Shown here: one piece after another, positions 1 to 12,211 of the stretch
Position numbering within the stretch: position 1 is the first letter of the stretch
Layout of the letters: every line of letters starts with the position of its first letter
Translations under genes and position numbers: made by a program
Origin: Takakia lepidozioides
Lineage: Eukaryota; Plantae; Bryophyta
NCBI GenBank assembly: GCA_030704615.1
Contig: CM060733.1
Span: forward strand, 61,814,001-61,878,000
Length of the DNA: 64,000 nucleotides
Direction: 5' to 3'
Notes under the pieces: model-generated
Seen by the model: only the letters and a program-made list of their open reading frames with translations
Database searches by the model: none
Told to the model about the DNA's origin: nothing

Positions 1-969
1 GTTAAACGGAGCGCTGAGCACGCCTCTCATAAGAAAGCCCTCGATAAGCATCTTAGGCATTAGGAGTCTTGTAGGAGACTCTATCATAGCTAGAGGAATG
101 AGTCTGCCATGATGCCCTCCGAGTTCTTCTGCATCATTCATGATAAGATGGATCATAGGAAGACAGCTATTCCAAGGTTGCAGACGACAAACAAGATGGT
201 CTCCGGCTTAGGTCAGCTTCCAATCTCGCTTACCGACATGGTGATCCATGGTCACAGAGATGAAACTTACGGGCAGTACTCGCTGGACTTTTGGCGGCCT
301 GGAGATCTAAACTTCACGGTTGGATCTCCGGCAAGATGTCTTCGTCAATTAGAGCTTTGACTACCCACTTCAGAATTCATTTTTCAAAGTTTTCATACAG
401 GGTAAATCCAAGTGTATGGACGCTCTGAAGCCTTTCGGCGAAAACGAAAAGAAATGGGCAGTTTCACTTCCACGAAGACTCTACCTCCAGATGGACAACT
501 GTGTGAAATGAGAACCAAAACAGGTGGATGCTTGTTTTTTTGTCGCTCTTAACTGCAAGAGGTGTGTTTGAGAATATTCAGATGGGATTTCTCATGGTGG
601 GCCACACTCATGATGACATCGATGATAGATCTTTAGTTATCTGTCTAAGAAACTGAAGGAAAACAGCACATACGTTCTGTCCGATCTTATGAGGCATTTT
701 ATGATCTCTCAAGATATGCAATTCATTCCTCAAATCATTCAAGAGGTTCCTGACTTTAAGGCCTATGTGGACGGTTTCATTCTCGATGGAAAAGAGGCAT
801 TAGTCGGGCAAACAAAAACACAGTTTTCCATTTCTTTGTAGATCCCGTGGGGTTGGCCTGTCATGCAGTATAAGAAGTCTGCTACAGATTCTGATTGTCT
901 CCCCAAAAAAAGGCACAGTAAAGATGTGGAACTCGAATCCTAACGGATCTCCAAAGCTGCATGCTGGAG
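1..969 (+). pseudogene. Degenerate Sola-like (DUF7869-type) DDE transposase, 5' part
   Basis: ORF 109..360 (HDKMDH...GQLPISL..M.IHGH), then frameshifted LYLQMDNC (~481-502) and GFLMVGHTHDDID (~582-623). These are the DNC and GHT/GHS-x-D motifs typical of this transposase group. Multiple stops and frameshifts. Confidence 0.6.
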
Positions 970-1419
970 GGGAATGCTAGAGTGTGAGCCTAGCCACGCG
1001 AGCCCAGAAGCCTGTGAGCCCAAGAGCCTGACGTGAGCCCAGTCCACGTGGCACGAGAATGAGGGAAGATGCAGGGTGTATTTCCGCGTATGAGCACCCA
1101 TTACCGCGGAAATACGGCAAACACGACAAATCGGCAAATACAGCAAACCCGGCAAACCCTAATCCTAACCCTTAGCGAACTGCCATGTTCGTGAAGGGAA
1201 ACAGGCTGGGAATTAAGGTGACGTCATTACAGCGGAAACACGGCAAACCGGGGAAACACTGCAAATCGTAACCTCAAACCCTAACCCTAACCCTTAGTGA
1301 ACTGCCATGTTCGCGAAGGGAAACAGGGCTAGGAATTAAGGGGGTGTAAGGCCAATGAGAATTCAAAAAAATAAAAATAAAAATAAAATTATTTATTTAT
1401 TTCTCGGCATTTGGATAGA

Positions 1420-2070
1420 TGTCGTCGATGATCATCGTGAAATCAAGATCATGAAGAAATTGAGTGCGTTGACGCACTCAGTTCTCCGCCGGGGGGGGGG
1501 GGACAAAAAAAAAAAAAAAAAACTTTTTTTAATTGTTTTTTTTTTCGGTCCCCCCCCCCCGCAGCGGAGAACTGAGTGCGTCAACGCACTCAATTTCTTC
1601 ATGATCATCGACAACATCGACGACGGTGCTGTGCGGGTCCGGATTTTCACCTTGGGTACCCGGCGGGTTGGGGGGGGGAAAAAACAAAAAACAAAAAAAA
1701 CAAAAAAAAACAAATTTTTTTTTTATTGTTTATTTTTTCGTCCCCCCGGCGGAGAACTAAGTGCATCAACACACTCAATTTCCTCATGATCATGATTTCA
1801 TGATGCTCATCAACGACATCGACGACAGTGTTGTGCGGGTCCGGATTTTCACCCCGGGTACTCGGCGGGTTGGGGAAGGGGGGGGGAGGCGAAAAAAAAA
1901 ACAAAAAATAATAATAATAATAATAAATTTTGTTTTGTTCATCCCCCGCGGAGAATTGAGTGCGTCAACGCACTCAATTTCTTCATGATAATGATTTCAG
2001 GATGATCATCGACGACAGTGTTGTGCGGGTCCGGATTTTCACCCTGGGAACCCGGCGGGTTAGGGTTAGC
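1420..2070. repeat. Long hairpin plus ~190-200-bp tandem repeats inside the non-autonomous element
   Basis: 1423-1611 folds back on itself (GATCATGAAGAAATTGAGTGCGTTGACGCACTCAGTTCTCCG ... CGGAGAACTGAGTGCGTCAACGCACTCAATTTCTTCATGATC). The right arm is then repeated near 1750 and 1950 with G/A/T homopolymer spacers. Confidence 0.85.
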
Positions 2071-2757
2071 GTTTTTTTTATTGGCCATTTGGCCGCCTGA
2101 AAATCCCGTTGGCGAATGAAACAAAGGGAAAAAAATGTCCAAATAAGGCAGTTTTCGCCAAAAACTAGGGGTCTCAAACAGGTCCTCGCCTGTGGACCCA
2201 TGGGAGCAGCACAAATGTAGCCATGGCGGGCCCCATGCAGGATGATCTGACGAGGAGTGGGTTCAGGATTGTGGGGCCTCCTCCGTTTCCCAAGGAGATG
2301 CTCGTCGCCGGTCTTGCGAGAACTATACACCTCATTTGTACCAATTAACCTATGGTTTTCATATAGAATAGAAAGAGTTCCATTCGTCCTACGGTTTTCA
2401 ACTATTTCTGCACTTCACTTTCTATTGCTCATCAACATCCATTTGATTCGCAAAATATGGCAAGGGTGGAAATACATGTAGCCTACCAATTCGAGGGAAA
2501 TTACCTAGAGTGGGCCACTTGCACTAGCCTACACCCAATATATAAAGCCACTCCTACCCCTTTTCAAAATCCCTAAAAAAAACCCTGGTTAGGGTCCGGG
2601 TTACCTATCCGGATCCAGACCCGTACCATCACCAAAAACTCGGACCCTGACCCGGGTTCATTTTTAAAATGAACCCGTAACTGGACCCGGACGCGCCAGC
2701 TAGGTCCAGAACCCGTTAAACCCGCTACTCGCGGGCCAGAGTTGGTATAGCCATCTT

Positions 2758-2850
2758 CCCTAGTTCACTAGTTGACTTTCTAGAGAATTTTACTTTCTAG
2801 ATAGTTCACTAGTTGACTTTCTGGAGAGTTTTACTTTCTAGATAGTTCTA
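2758..2850 (+). repeat. Short tandem duplication (~41 bp, 2+ copies)
   Basis: TAGTTCACTAGTTGACTTTCT(A/G)GAGA(A/G)TTTTACTTTCTAGA repeated directly. Confidence 0.8.
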
Positions 2851-3367
2851 CTATTGTCGGTGGGTTGAAAAACAACTCTTTAGTGGGTGTGGCTGCTGCA
2901 GGAGTATACTTATAAGAACAGTGACCAGAGAAGGTTGGGGCTTGGTGAGAGTGGGGCCAGGTAGGATCACGGCTTGGAGCTCGTCTTCAAGGTGGAGCGC
3001 TTGGGGCTGGTGGAGGGTGGGACCAGCTGCGTGAAGTGCTTGGGGGTGGGAGTGCTTGGGGTTGACGAAGTAGGGCAGGGGGAATTGGGTCGATCGTCGT
3101 GCTTCTAAAGGGGACTCAATATTGCCGTATTTGTCGTGTTTGGAAGTTTTGCCGTGTTCACCTCTTCTTCCAAAATATACGCTTCCACGGTAATAGGACC
3201 CCCTCTAAACCCTGTCCTCGGTTATAGGACTTGTTTCTCCCTCCTCTAAACCCTGGGCTCACGCTTAGCAAGCGTGAGCCTAGGCTCACACTTAGAGGGC
3301 AAAGCGTGAGCCGAGCTCTTGGGCTCACGCGGCTAGGCTCACGCCGTAGCTACGCTCCATGCTGGAG

Positions 3368-3743
3368 AGCTGATTGCCGTAAAAAAACACCGATTTGGGG
3401 AGTGGGAAATGACTCCTCGGTAAAACAGTCTTTTATCAAAAATGGAATAAAAAAGTACAAGGACTTCTGGAAGAAGGGGATGTTGCTTGATGATAATTAT
3501 TGTGACATTATGATGCGGTACGATCAATACTGTGAAGGAATCATTGCAGAACTTGATCTTCATTTTCCTGAAGATTCATATGGAAAAAACAAGTGGCAAA
3601 CATGGACACGTACTTGCGACCTTTTGTTGATGAACTTAAGGAGTTATGAGGGATTTTGGCCCTCAACAAAATGGGCTGACAACCATCAGAGAGTCGGAAT
3701 CCACAGACCTACTGAGGTGATAAGTCGGAAGAAGAGGAAGTGA
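3368..3743 (+). pseudogene. 3' continuation of the Sola-like transposase after the insertion
   Basis: Coding-like sequence (FIKNGIKKYKDFWKKG...YEGFWPSTKW) resumes directly after the right TSD. Confidence 0.45.
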
Positions 3744-3749
3744 CAAAAA

Positions 3750-5215
3750 CACAATGGTTAGCCCTGGTGCATAACAAAGTCTACATCTAGTATGTCCATC
3801 CCACAGTACATGCTCCAATATGTTGTTTGTGGAGGAGCTTTTGAATGCAAAAAATGACTTATGCCCACATCGCTTGCGAGTGAAATCTCCGAATCCCAGC
3901 AATTTTGTGGATAAATAAAAAAAATGATCAATTTTGTGGAAAAATCAAAGGGTCCTTGCAGAGTCGGTCAGATTGTTCCGAATGATACTTTCATATGTGC
4001 ACACTGCAAATTACCTCCCACATGTACAGGGGTTTGTCCTGCAAAAATGTATCACGTTGTTCCCATAAAGGGGGTTATATCGTCTAAAGCAACAGTGCAC
4101 TGTGGACCCTCACTCGCATTCCACATGTCCATCGCCATGTAGGGGGATCGCAAATGAAATTAAAGCTGTGCAGTGGGCAAAGAGGTTGCCAATTATCGTG
4201 GTTGTGGCACAAATTCTGTCCAGCTGGAAGTGGGAAAGAAACTATTGTTCGTCATTATACTTTCCAAAGATAACTCCAATGAAAAAAATACACTCACAAA
4301 TATGGAGCTCCAACGAGCAATAGATGTTGTTGCTTCCCTCACCAGATCAAGTAATGTACGAAATTTTGCATACAATGCCAAGTCTGACTTACTTCCTTCT
4401 GGAGAGGTGGAAGGATTACTGACTCTGAAGCGACTGTGTGGATATGACTACATTCATGGTAATTGATTCCCAGGTTAGGGTCTGAAAGCGCCCACTGCTA
4501 TGTACATTCAACATGTCCACCACCGGCCCAGCATCTGGGGTGAACCTCATCAACAGGATGCGGCCGGACGGTGATCTAGGCCATTGTTGGGCAATGTTTG
4601 ACCATGTGAAGAGATTGACAAACGGCTAGACCACCATGGCTTGCGACGTGTACAATCCTCATGTTCAAAGGCTTCAGACCATTGCAATATGCGAAATGAA
4701 ATGCGAGGACATGCAATGTCAGATGATAATGTGGAACATGATCAACGACGGCCTCATTAGCAAAGGGATGAAGAAAGCAGAATTATGTGGCTTCATGGCT
4801 GATAACGCCATGGCCAATTTCAGAGCTGTCAGGTCGGTGTTTGGTGATGGACCTGATGTTCCACTTGATGGCAAAGAACAGTCGTGTGCATTTCACTGGA
4901 CTCAATCAGTTGAATCCCATACAGAAAGACTTATCCCGAGCGGTAGACAAGAAGAGCATAATTTTTTCTGCATGGCATGGAAGGATGCTACCCTAGAGAG
5001 CGAAGCTGATGTGTGAATTTCCATCCATGGGGGATTAGATGAAGTTGTCTCGGGGGGAGGGAGGGCCAGGTGGCGTTGCATACGAAAATTAGCTAACATC
5101 ATGGTGGCAAAATGAAGCAGATTGCCACAAAGAACATTTGCTCGAGCTGCAGAGTTGGATTTCATGGTGGCATGTGCGATATCGAATGTGGAGGAACTTT
5201 ATGCATTATGTACGT
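3750..5215 (+). pseudogene. Degenerate MULE transposase (GCM-like Zn domain plus MULE DDE core), divergent lineage A
   Basis: ORF pieces 3924..4142 (CAHC...C.A), 4173..4466 (CGYDYIHG), 4636..5016 (IAICEMK...GFMADNAMAN...SCAFHW) and 5138.. (SWISWWH.R) are collinear with the transposase at 29420-33053. The piece ends at a GT donor (5210) at the same position as the intron at 31550. Confidence 0.8.
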
Positions 5216-7539
5216 CTTCTACACATATCCAGAAATATGCTACATATAATATTCTTTATTTCATTATTTATTTATTTATTTATTTTAGAAAGGGGAGGTA
5301 GCCCTTGGAAAGTTTATTGAAGATTATTGAAGGGAAAAAAAATTAAAACCCTTACATGCCTGAAGGCTGCCATAAGACCTAACACACGGAGACCGTGTTG
5401 GAGATCCCAGGGGAACAGTCTATACTCACATCACGCGACGTGACAAGAAACAGGAACTATAGATCCAAGGCAGCTAAGAGCCTATTCTATCGGGTAGACA
5501 CGGAAGAGTAATGACCTCTAAGCACTAATCCCGAGACACAGAAGAGGCCGAAAAGGATGAGTCATGTGGTTATTAAGAAGCATGGTGCATAGATATTCAG
5601 TGAGAACAGTCTGAAAAGGGAGAGAACGGCATTCTATCTATGAAAGTCTAAGCGAGCCCTGGACGCTTTGACATGCTTCCAGTCCATATCTGATTTATCA
5701 AATTCAGATGATGCCGAAGGGGAGGGACCAGTGATGCTGCCAGGGGGCTGGTATGGTGGAAGGCCACTCACATGAGCCAAAGACAGAGCAGCTGCAAATG
5801 AGTCTGTGTCGTCCCCAGGTCTCCTGGAAAGTTGCGAACAGAGTGAGCCGACGTTGAGGCGCCCTGGCGATAGCCCAAGCATTTTTGGCTACCACAGTCA
5901 GATCAAAAAAGACCTGAGTAAGGATTGCAGTAGCCGAGGTGTTTGAGGAATCCAAAGTCCACTTACATCTGACTTTCCATAATTGCCAAAGAGTATCACT
6001 TCTAAGGGTCTCAAAAATAGGAGAGTCAACATGCTTTAGCTTTATCAGACTGGTTGTAATTGAGGAGCATAGAGATGGGTGATGAAGGAGTTCCTCAGAG
6101 GCGGTAGAAGGCTAAAACCAAGGGCCAGACTGCCCTAGGACCTGTGCAATGAAGCAGGCAATGCTTATCAAATACACTATAAGAAAAGTTGGCTTTTACG
6201 ACTCTATCTTATGACTGCAAATGTAGTTATGAAAGCCATGTACGACTTCCTGACTCTAAAGAAGTAGAAGCCGAGTTAGTTATGACATGGCAGTTACGAC
6301 TCCCCAGGCTTTCTGTGACGTGGCATCTAAGCAGCGTGCTCATAGTCATACACGCCAGCTTTACTGAATGACTGAACGGACAGTGTAGTCCATGTCAGCC
6401 GTTGTGTAAGAGAGACACGTGCTTGATAGAGAAAATGACACGTGGCATAGTGCACGTTTTTCATGACTGTGATCTATGACTACAGGCGAGGCAATACGGT
6501 TGCAACACGTGGCACGGCGCAATTTTTACACGTGGTCTCTCAAGAGATTGACACGTGTCATGATGGGTGTTTCTTTTGGTTGTATTGCTATTTTTTTTAC
6601 ATATTTGTATTTCTACCATGTGGTGTAGTACTATTGGAGAGTGAAAATAGATGTAGTCATTATTATGACTATGATAGAAGTCATATACATGTCTATTACA
6701 ACAATGAAATATAATATATAATACAAATAGAACAAGGCAGCAAGACATAACTGCAACAGGCTGAGCAAAACAAGAGATTGTACACCATCTCTATTTATCA
6801 ATCTATTTATCATTATCATTTTTGTGGCGATCTAAAAGTACATAAAATAGTCACATGTTCTCATGTGAATTATATTGTCTAACTATAACACTTTGAAAAG
6901 TGTTCACCCAGAATCTTCTAACTACTCATGTATTCCATCAATCTGCAACCCATCAAAAACTAAGGCTTGCATGGCTTTAAGAATTACTACAACAAGGACA
7001 TATGTTTGTTTTCCAAGTTCTTGCATAAGATGCACCAACCAACATTGCATTGTGAGACACTCACTCACTATACTCCAAAGCGTCCAGGGAAGGTCACTGA
7101 GCAACTTGCCAAGGCGGAAACAATTAAGAGAATTATCTAATACCATATATGAAAAACCAATGCCAGTGTTGTTTATGGTCACTTCTATCCCATGGACTCG
7201 TAAAGAAACCAAAGCAAAAAGGTTGGTGTGTGTTGGCGAAGTCAGATACTTCACAAAGAAACATGCACTAAAAATGAGAGCCAGGAGGATAGGAAGGTCA
7301 CTCACGTTTATACAAAGACGTCTTGCCCGCTGCCCAGCACCCTGCGTCACCCACACTCTATCTCTACTCCTTCAGCAATCCATGCCTCTGCACAAATCAA
7401 GCATTCATCCTTGCCTTGCTGCTAGCAGCTGACAATGACAGCCTACATTTGTTCTAAGAAACACCCAACTCAGCGTAGCACACTAGTTCCTATGCTGAAT
7501 TGCGTCTGCTACTCTCTGAAATGTAGCATGCATTCACCT

Positions 7540-10500
7540 TTCTGCCCCGGTTACCCATCAGTGACTGGGCTCAGATAAGTATTCATTCCACAGCTTCTCC
7601 TCATCTCTGTTACTTGTTTTTTGATACTTTCCTGTTGTCACATTGGCAATATCATGTCAAAGTCACTCCAAACTAGATTCACTCAACCAGCTAACTTGCA
7701 GAATTGAACATGGAAATTTAGGGCCGATTCTGATAAGAGGGAAAAACAGGGTGAAATGTGCTAAAGAAGATGCCTTCATTAGCAGTGCCTGATTTTATCA
7801 CTTGTGCCGCTGCTGCCAGTTGACCATCTACCCATGCAGGTTTCTTGTAGCTATCGATCCACAGGGAATCACAGGTAATCTTGTGCTTGAAATCTGGCCC
7901 TCTTGGATGAATCTGGACCCACACGAAATCCCTGCTCCTTCAGCTATCCATGCCTCTGTACAAATCATGCATACATCCTCGCCTTGCTGCTAGCAGCTGA
8001 CAATGACAGCCTAGAATTGTCAAAGCAAACACTAGCAGGGAAAACAGGGTGAAATATGTTGAAGAAGGTACCTTCACCCCTTTCCCCATCATTTGCTTTC
8101 AGGTCTCAAAAGCCCCATCCCGCGCCCCTGCTCTGCACATCCTGCAAGCATCGCATTCCACGACACCACATCTGGTCCAGCCATAGTGTTGAACACTCCA
8201 TTGGCATCCTCAATGCTCCCACATTTAGCATACATGGCCACCAGAGTAATATTCAGGATGACATCTGGTACAATTGCAGATTTGATGATGTGATCACCAG
8301 GGACCTCTTTGCCCTTTTCCAGGGCTGCCAGACGCACAGCAAACGCACACAAACGTTATGTCGGCGGCCTTCACCCCTTCCCCCATCATTTGCTCAAAGG
8401 TTGGAGCCTCCATCCCGCACCCCTGTTGTGCATACCCTGCAAGCATCGCATTCCACGACACCACATCTCGTTCAGCCATAGTGTTGAACACTCCCTTGGC
8501 ATCCTCAATGCACCCACATTTGGCATACATGTCCACCAGGGCAGGGGCAGTGTTCAGAATGACATCTGGTAATCTGACAGGCATTCACCTTTTTGCCTCG
8601 GTTGTCCCACCATTGACTGGGGTCAGAAAAGTATTCATTCCACAGCTTCTCCTCGTCTCTGTTACCTGTTTCTGGATATTTTCCTGTTGTCACATTGGCA
8701 GTATCATGTCAAAGTCATTCCAAACTATCCTAGATTCACTCAACCAGCTAACTTGCAGAATTCAACATGAAAATTTAGGGCCGATTCTGATAAGAGGGGA
8801 AAAAAGGGTCTCTATGTTGAAGAAGGTGCCTTCATTAGCAGTGCCTGATTTTATCAATTGTGCCGCTGCTGCTGCGGCTTCCAGTTGACCATGTACCCAT
8901 GCAGGTTTCTTGTATCTATCCTTCCACAGGGAATCATAGGTAATCTAGAGCTTGAAATCCAGCCCTATTGGATGAATCTGGACCCACACTCTATCCCTGC
9001 TCCTTCAACTATCTATGCCTCTGCACAAAATCATGCATACATCCTTGTCTTCTTGCTAGCAGCTGACAATGACAACCTAGAATTGTTCCAGCAAACACCC
9101 CCAACCCTACTTATCAACGAGCAACGAGCTAACTTACAGAATTCAATATGCATCTCAGGGCCGAGTCTGATGAGAGGGCAAAACAGGCTGAAATAGGTCG
9201 AAGAGGGTGCCCTCACCACATTGGCCTTGACCTTGTGTCATGACCCATGGAGGATTTGACCGACCATCAACCCAAAAGGACCTCTTGTGTGTGTTGCTTG
9301 TGTCTTGTGGCTCTTACAGCAGCGACCCGGCCCAGCTTCAATGAGCAACATAGGGGAGTCACCAACCCAACCCAAAAAAGAAACTTCAGTCATAGTGTGA
9401 GCATTTCAGTTATGTGGAAACCATTCAATCCATCTGCTGCTAGTTGATCATTTATGCTCGAGCATGTAAAGAACTCGCCACTACATGTTCGGTGGACTAA
9501 AGGAATGATATGTGGCGCCATGAGGCTAGAGACTGGCAGTTCATTGGCCGGGGAGGTCCATGCAGCATGGCTCTCGAACACTGCAAGTGAATTCATGATT
9601 TACGATGATCAATACCAGATGCATGACACTACTGGGCGATGCAAGAGACCCAGCCCCATATCAATATGCATCAAAATACCAGCAACAAATCCCAATTCGT
9701 AGAGAAAACCTCTCTCTCTCCCTCTCTCCTTGGTGGCTACAAAGGAAGACTTCACCTGCACAATGGAATGGATGAAGGCGTCCACCTCGGCCTGCGACCC
9801 AGATTACACCTGACCATGCCCTGCAGCAGTGGTTGCTACAGCTTGTCGCACTGCTGCGCTCGTAGCCTTTGCATCTCGATCGCTACAGACGGCCGCACAG
9901 CGCTCCGTCACGTATTGTCGGATTGGTCTGTGAGAACCACCACGGTGCAGCTGAGCAGGCAGAGATTGAAACACGGCCTGCTAAGACCATGCTGACTCTC
10001 CCAAGAACCTTGTAAACATCAGGAAGAATACCAAATCATGGTACTAACAGGAGCCAACAGCCCACATTTGCAGAATGGACAAACTTCTTCACATCGTACA
10101 TTAAGAAAAAGCCACACCTTGCGAGTGCGGTTCTCGCACCGTCGTGAAGGATCTTTAAAAAAACTCATGCCAGCTCTGCTCCGTGCTGCAAATTCAGGGC
10201 CGAGTCTGATGAGAGGGTAAAACAGGCTGAAATAGGTCGAAGAAGAAGGTGCCCTCACCACATTGTCCTCAACCTTGTGTCATGACCCATGGAGGATTTG
10301 ACTGACCATGAACCCAAGAGGACCTCTTGTGTGTGCTGCTTGTGTCTGTAGTCAGGTAATGTCGGATTGGTCTGTGCGAACCACCACGGTGCAGGTGAGC
10401 GGGTAGAGATTGAAACACGGCCTGCTAAGCTGACTCTCCCAAGAACGGCGAGCTCCCAGCCGAAACCTCCTCGCACACATTCCCTAGCGTTTCTAGGGTT

Positions 10501-10620
10501 GCTTGCTTTAGATGCGAAGGTTGCTCCAAATGCGGGCCTCCCATGCATGTTTGCCCTCCCTCCTGCTCGCTCGCTCGAAGTCCCAGCCCTCTCTCTCTCT
10601 CCCTCCCGCTCGCTCTAAAT
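7540..10620 (-). pseudogene. Captured, rearranged fragments of PLS-class PPR motifs and OSB-type PDF motifs
   Basis: PPR: PDVILNITLVAMYAKCGSIEDANGVFNTMAGPDVVSWNAMLAG (8089..8352; 8294..8584). PDF: EEKLWNEYFSDPSQWWDNRGKKVN (~8585-8660), PDFKHKITCDSLWIDSYKKPAWVDGQL (7718..7924), PTLPDYRHK (~10340-10370), SFFKDPS (~10145-10170). Modules are duplicated (7540-8000 vs 8580-9080; 9130-9310 vs 10190-10350). Confidence 0.8.
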
Positions 10621-10694
10621 TTGTTCACGGCTACCGTGATGGGCAACTTTTTAAGTTTTTCAACCTTTTTGTAAACCCTATAAGCAACTTTTTG

Positions 10695-10890
10695 ATTTTT
10701 TTCTTTTTTTCTTAAGGAAACCTCAGACCCTTGAGGAGGGGGAAAAATTAACCCCCTTTCATTTGGGCCATGAGACCTATAGGACGATCAAGCCCAAACA
10801 TACCGTCATGAACAATCCCACACACAGGGTAGGGCAGCGGGTTTGAACCCCGAACCACCAAGGCGACACACTGTGCACTTACCAGCCGAT
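10695..10890 (-). mobile_element. Probable tRNA-derived SINE
   Basis: Minus strand has an A-box-like GCTGGTAAG (~10885), B-box GGTTCAAACCC (~10839-10849) and an A-rich tail (T-run on + at ~10695-10712). Confidence 0.5.
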
Positions 10891-12211
10891 GTATATTTTT
10901 CAAATATTTTGCACTTTGATTCTTTTTTTTTGTTTTTTTCTTAATTAATTCTAGTGGTCAGAGTCTCGGTTTTTTCAAAATATAAATACTCATATATTAT
11001 ATATATAACCAAAAAAGCATGCATCGACACGTGCAGTCACGTAGTGATTCATCCATGTGATGATCTGGCAACATGCATTAGAGTGGGAGTCATGAAGTCA
11101 TATGTGCGTCTAGCAATATGCATGTGCATGTCATTCCAGTATAGCCACTGGTAAGTCATATCCGCCATGTGATGATCTAGCAACATGCATTAGAGTGAGA
11201 GTCATGAAGTCATATGTGCGTCTAGCAATATGCACACGTCATTCCAGTATAGCCATGTCTGTGACTGGTAGTCGTATCCGCCATGCCAATATTCATGGTC
11301 AAACATGTTTGACCTATGTTGAGCAGAGTCCGGAGTCATGCAGTCGCATATACGCCTTTCCCAAACCTGCGTTATGACTTCAAAAGCATTTTACGACTAC
11401 AAATGGCATTTCTACCACAAATCGGCCATGACTGCGCACCCATGGCAGTCATGAAAGCCGCAATCTGTTGTAGTGATAGAGCAATAGGCACACAATAGAG
11501 CTTCCTGAAAGCTCAAGAATTGACCGACCTTCAAAACCCTGTTAGGAATGGAAAGCACTAAGTTTCGCCGGTTTTGCCTTATCCCAAATGATTTTCCAAA
11601 TGTAGCTCAAGTTTTCCTACCTAAAGTTAGCATGTCCCCATCTGGCATTCCATTTTGCCTCCAACGGAGCTGCCTTGAGGAGAGCTCTGTAAGCCTTCTT
11701 GGCAGAATAAGAGAAGAAGGTTTGAGGCTGCCCCCCCAAGTTCCCTCCGAATTTCCAGAGCCATTTCAGCGGGATCTAGCTGCAGTTTCTGGATCTCCTG
11801 CCCTCCTATCCATGCAAAAGCCTCTTTGGCAAGCCAAGAGAACACATGAATAGATGGAGGGTGCAATGGATTGAAGTCATTTGTGGGTGAAGACCAGTGG
11901 CAGATACGTGCTGGTCTGGCCATAGCTGTAGGGAAGGAAAGCTTAACCGAGGAGGCGAGGGAAAGAGCACTAGAGAAGGGGTCAAGTTGGAATCCATACC
12001 CTTTGAGCAGAGTGCCTTGAGAGTCAGTGGTGTACACTATGTGAAGCAACTGAGCTTGGAAGATGACCCACTGTCCAGGGTAGACAGGGAGCTTCCCAGT
12101 CCTGAGAATGATTTTCCAGGGGTTCGGAACTTGCTGGAAGAGTGTTGATGCCAGACCTCAATCTATGTGCACCCAGGGCAGTCTGAAGGGTTTTGCCCGG
12201 ATTACTATTCC

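Larger units (their letters stand above)
970..3358. mobile_element. Non-autonomous Mutator-like TIR element inserted in the Sola-like transposase
   Basis: Imperfect TIRs (GGGAATGCTAGAGTGTGAGCCTAGCCACGCGAGCCC at 970 vs reverse complement of the end GGAGCGTAGCTACGGCGTGAGCCTAGCCGCGTGAGCCC) flanked by a 9-bp direct repeat ATGCTGGAG (961-969 and 3359-3367). No credible coding capacity. Confidence 0.75.
6175..11475. mobile_element. Complete non-autonomous CACTA (Pack-CACTA-like) element carrying host gene fragments
   Basis: Starts CACTATAAGAAAAGTTGGCTTTTACGACT (6175) and ends ...AGTCATGAAAGCCGCAATCTGTTGTAGTG (11475; reverse complement CACTACAACAGATTGCGGCTTTCATGACT). 3-bp TSD ATA at 6172-6174 and 11476-11478. 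ATGACT/AGTCAT subterminal repeats at both ends. No transposase inside. Confidence 0.9.
5255..12211 (-). mobile_element. L1-type LINE 3' remnant (zf-RVT region), split by a CACTA insertion
   Basis: Minus strand gives IWKIIWDKAKPAKLSAF...CAYCS (11480-11610), continuing across the 6175-11475 insertion to IFETLRSDTLWQLWKVRC (~5960-6020). A (TAAA)n-like tail lies at ~5255-5287. Truncated at 12211 by another CACTA end. Confidence 0.7.

Noticed and set aside
1150-1300. Telomere (AACCCT-like repeats)
   Set aside because: Only 2-3 degenerate units inside a TIR element; not a telomeric tract.
2585-2762. hAT-type MITE (ACCCG/CGGGT motifs ending CCATCTTCCCTA)
   Set aside because: No matching opposite TIR or 8-bp TSD could be found.
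6875-7432. ORFs 6875..7432 (+) and 6922..7356 (-) as genes
   Set aside because: No recognisable motif; they overlap antisense in UTR/intron-like cargo sequence.
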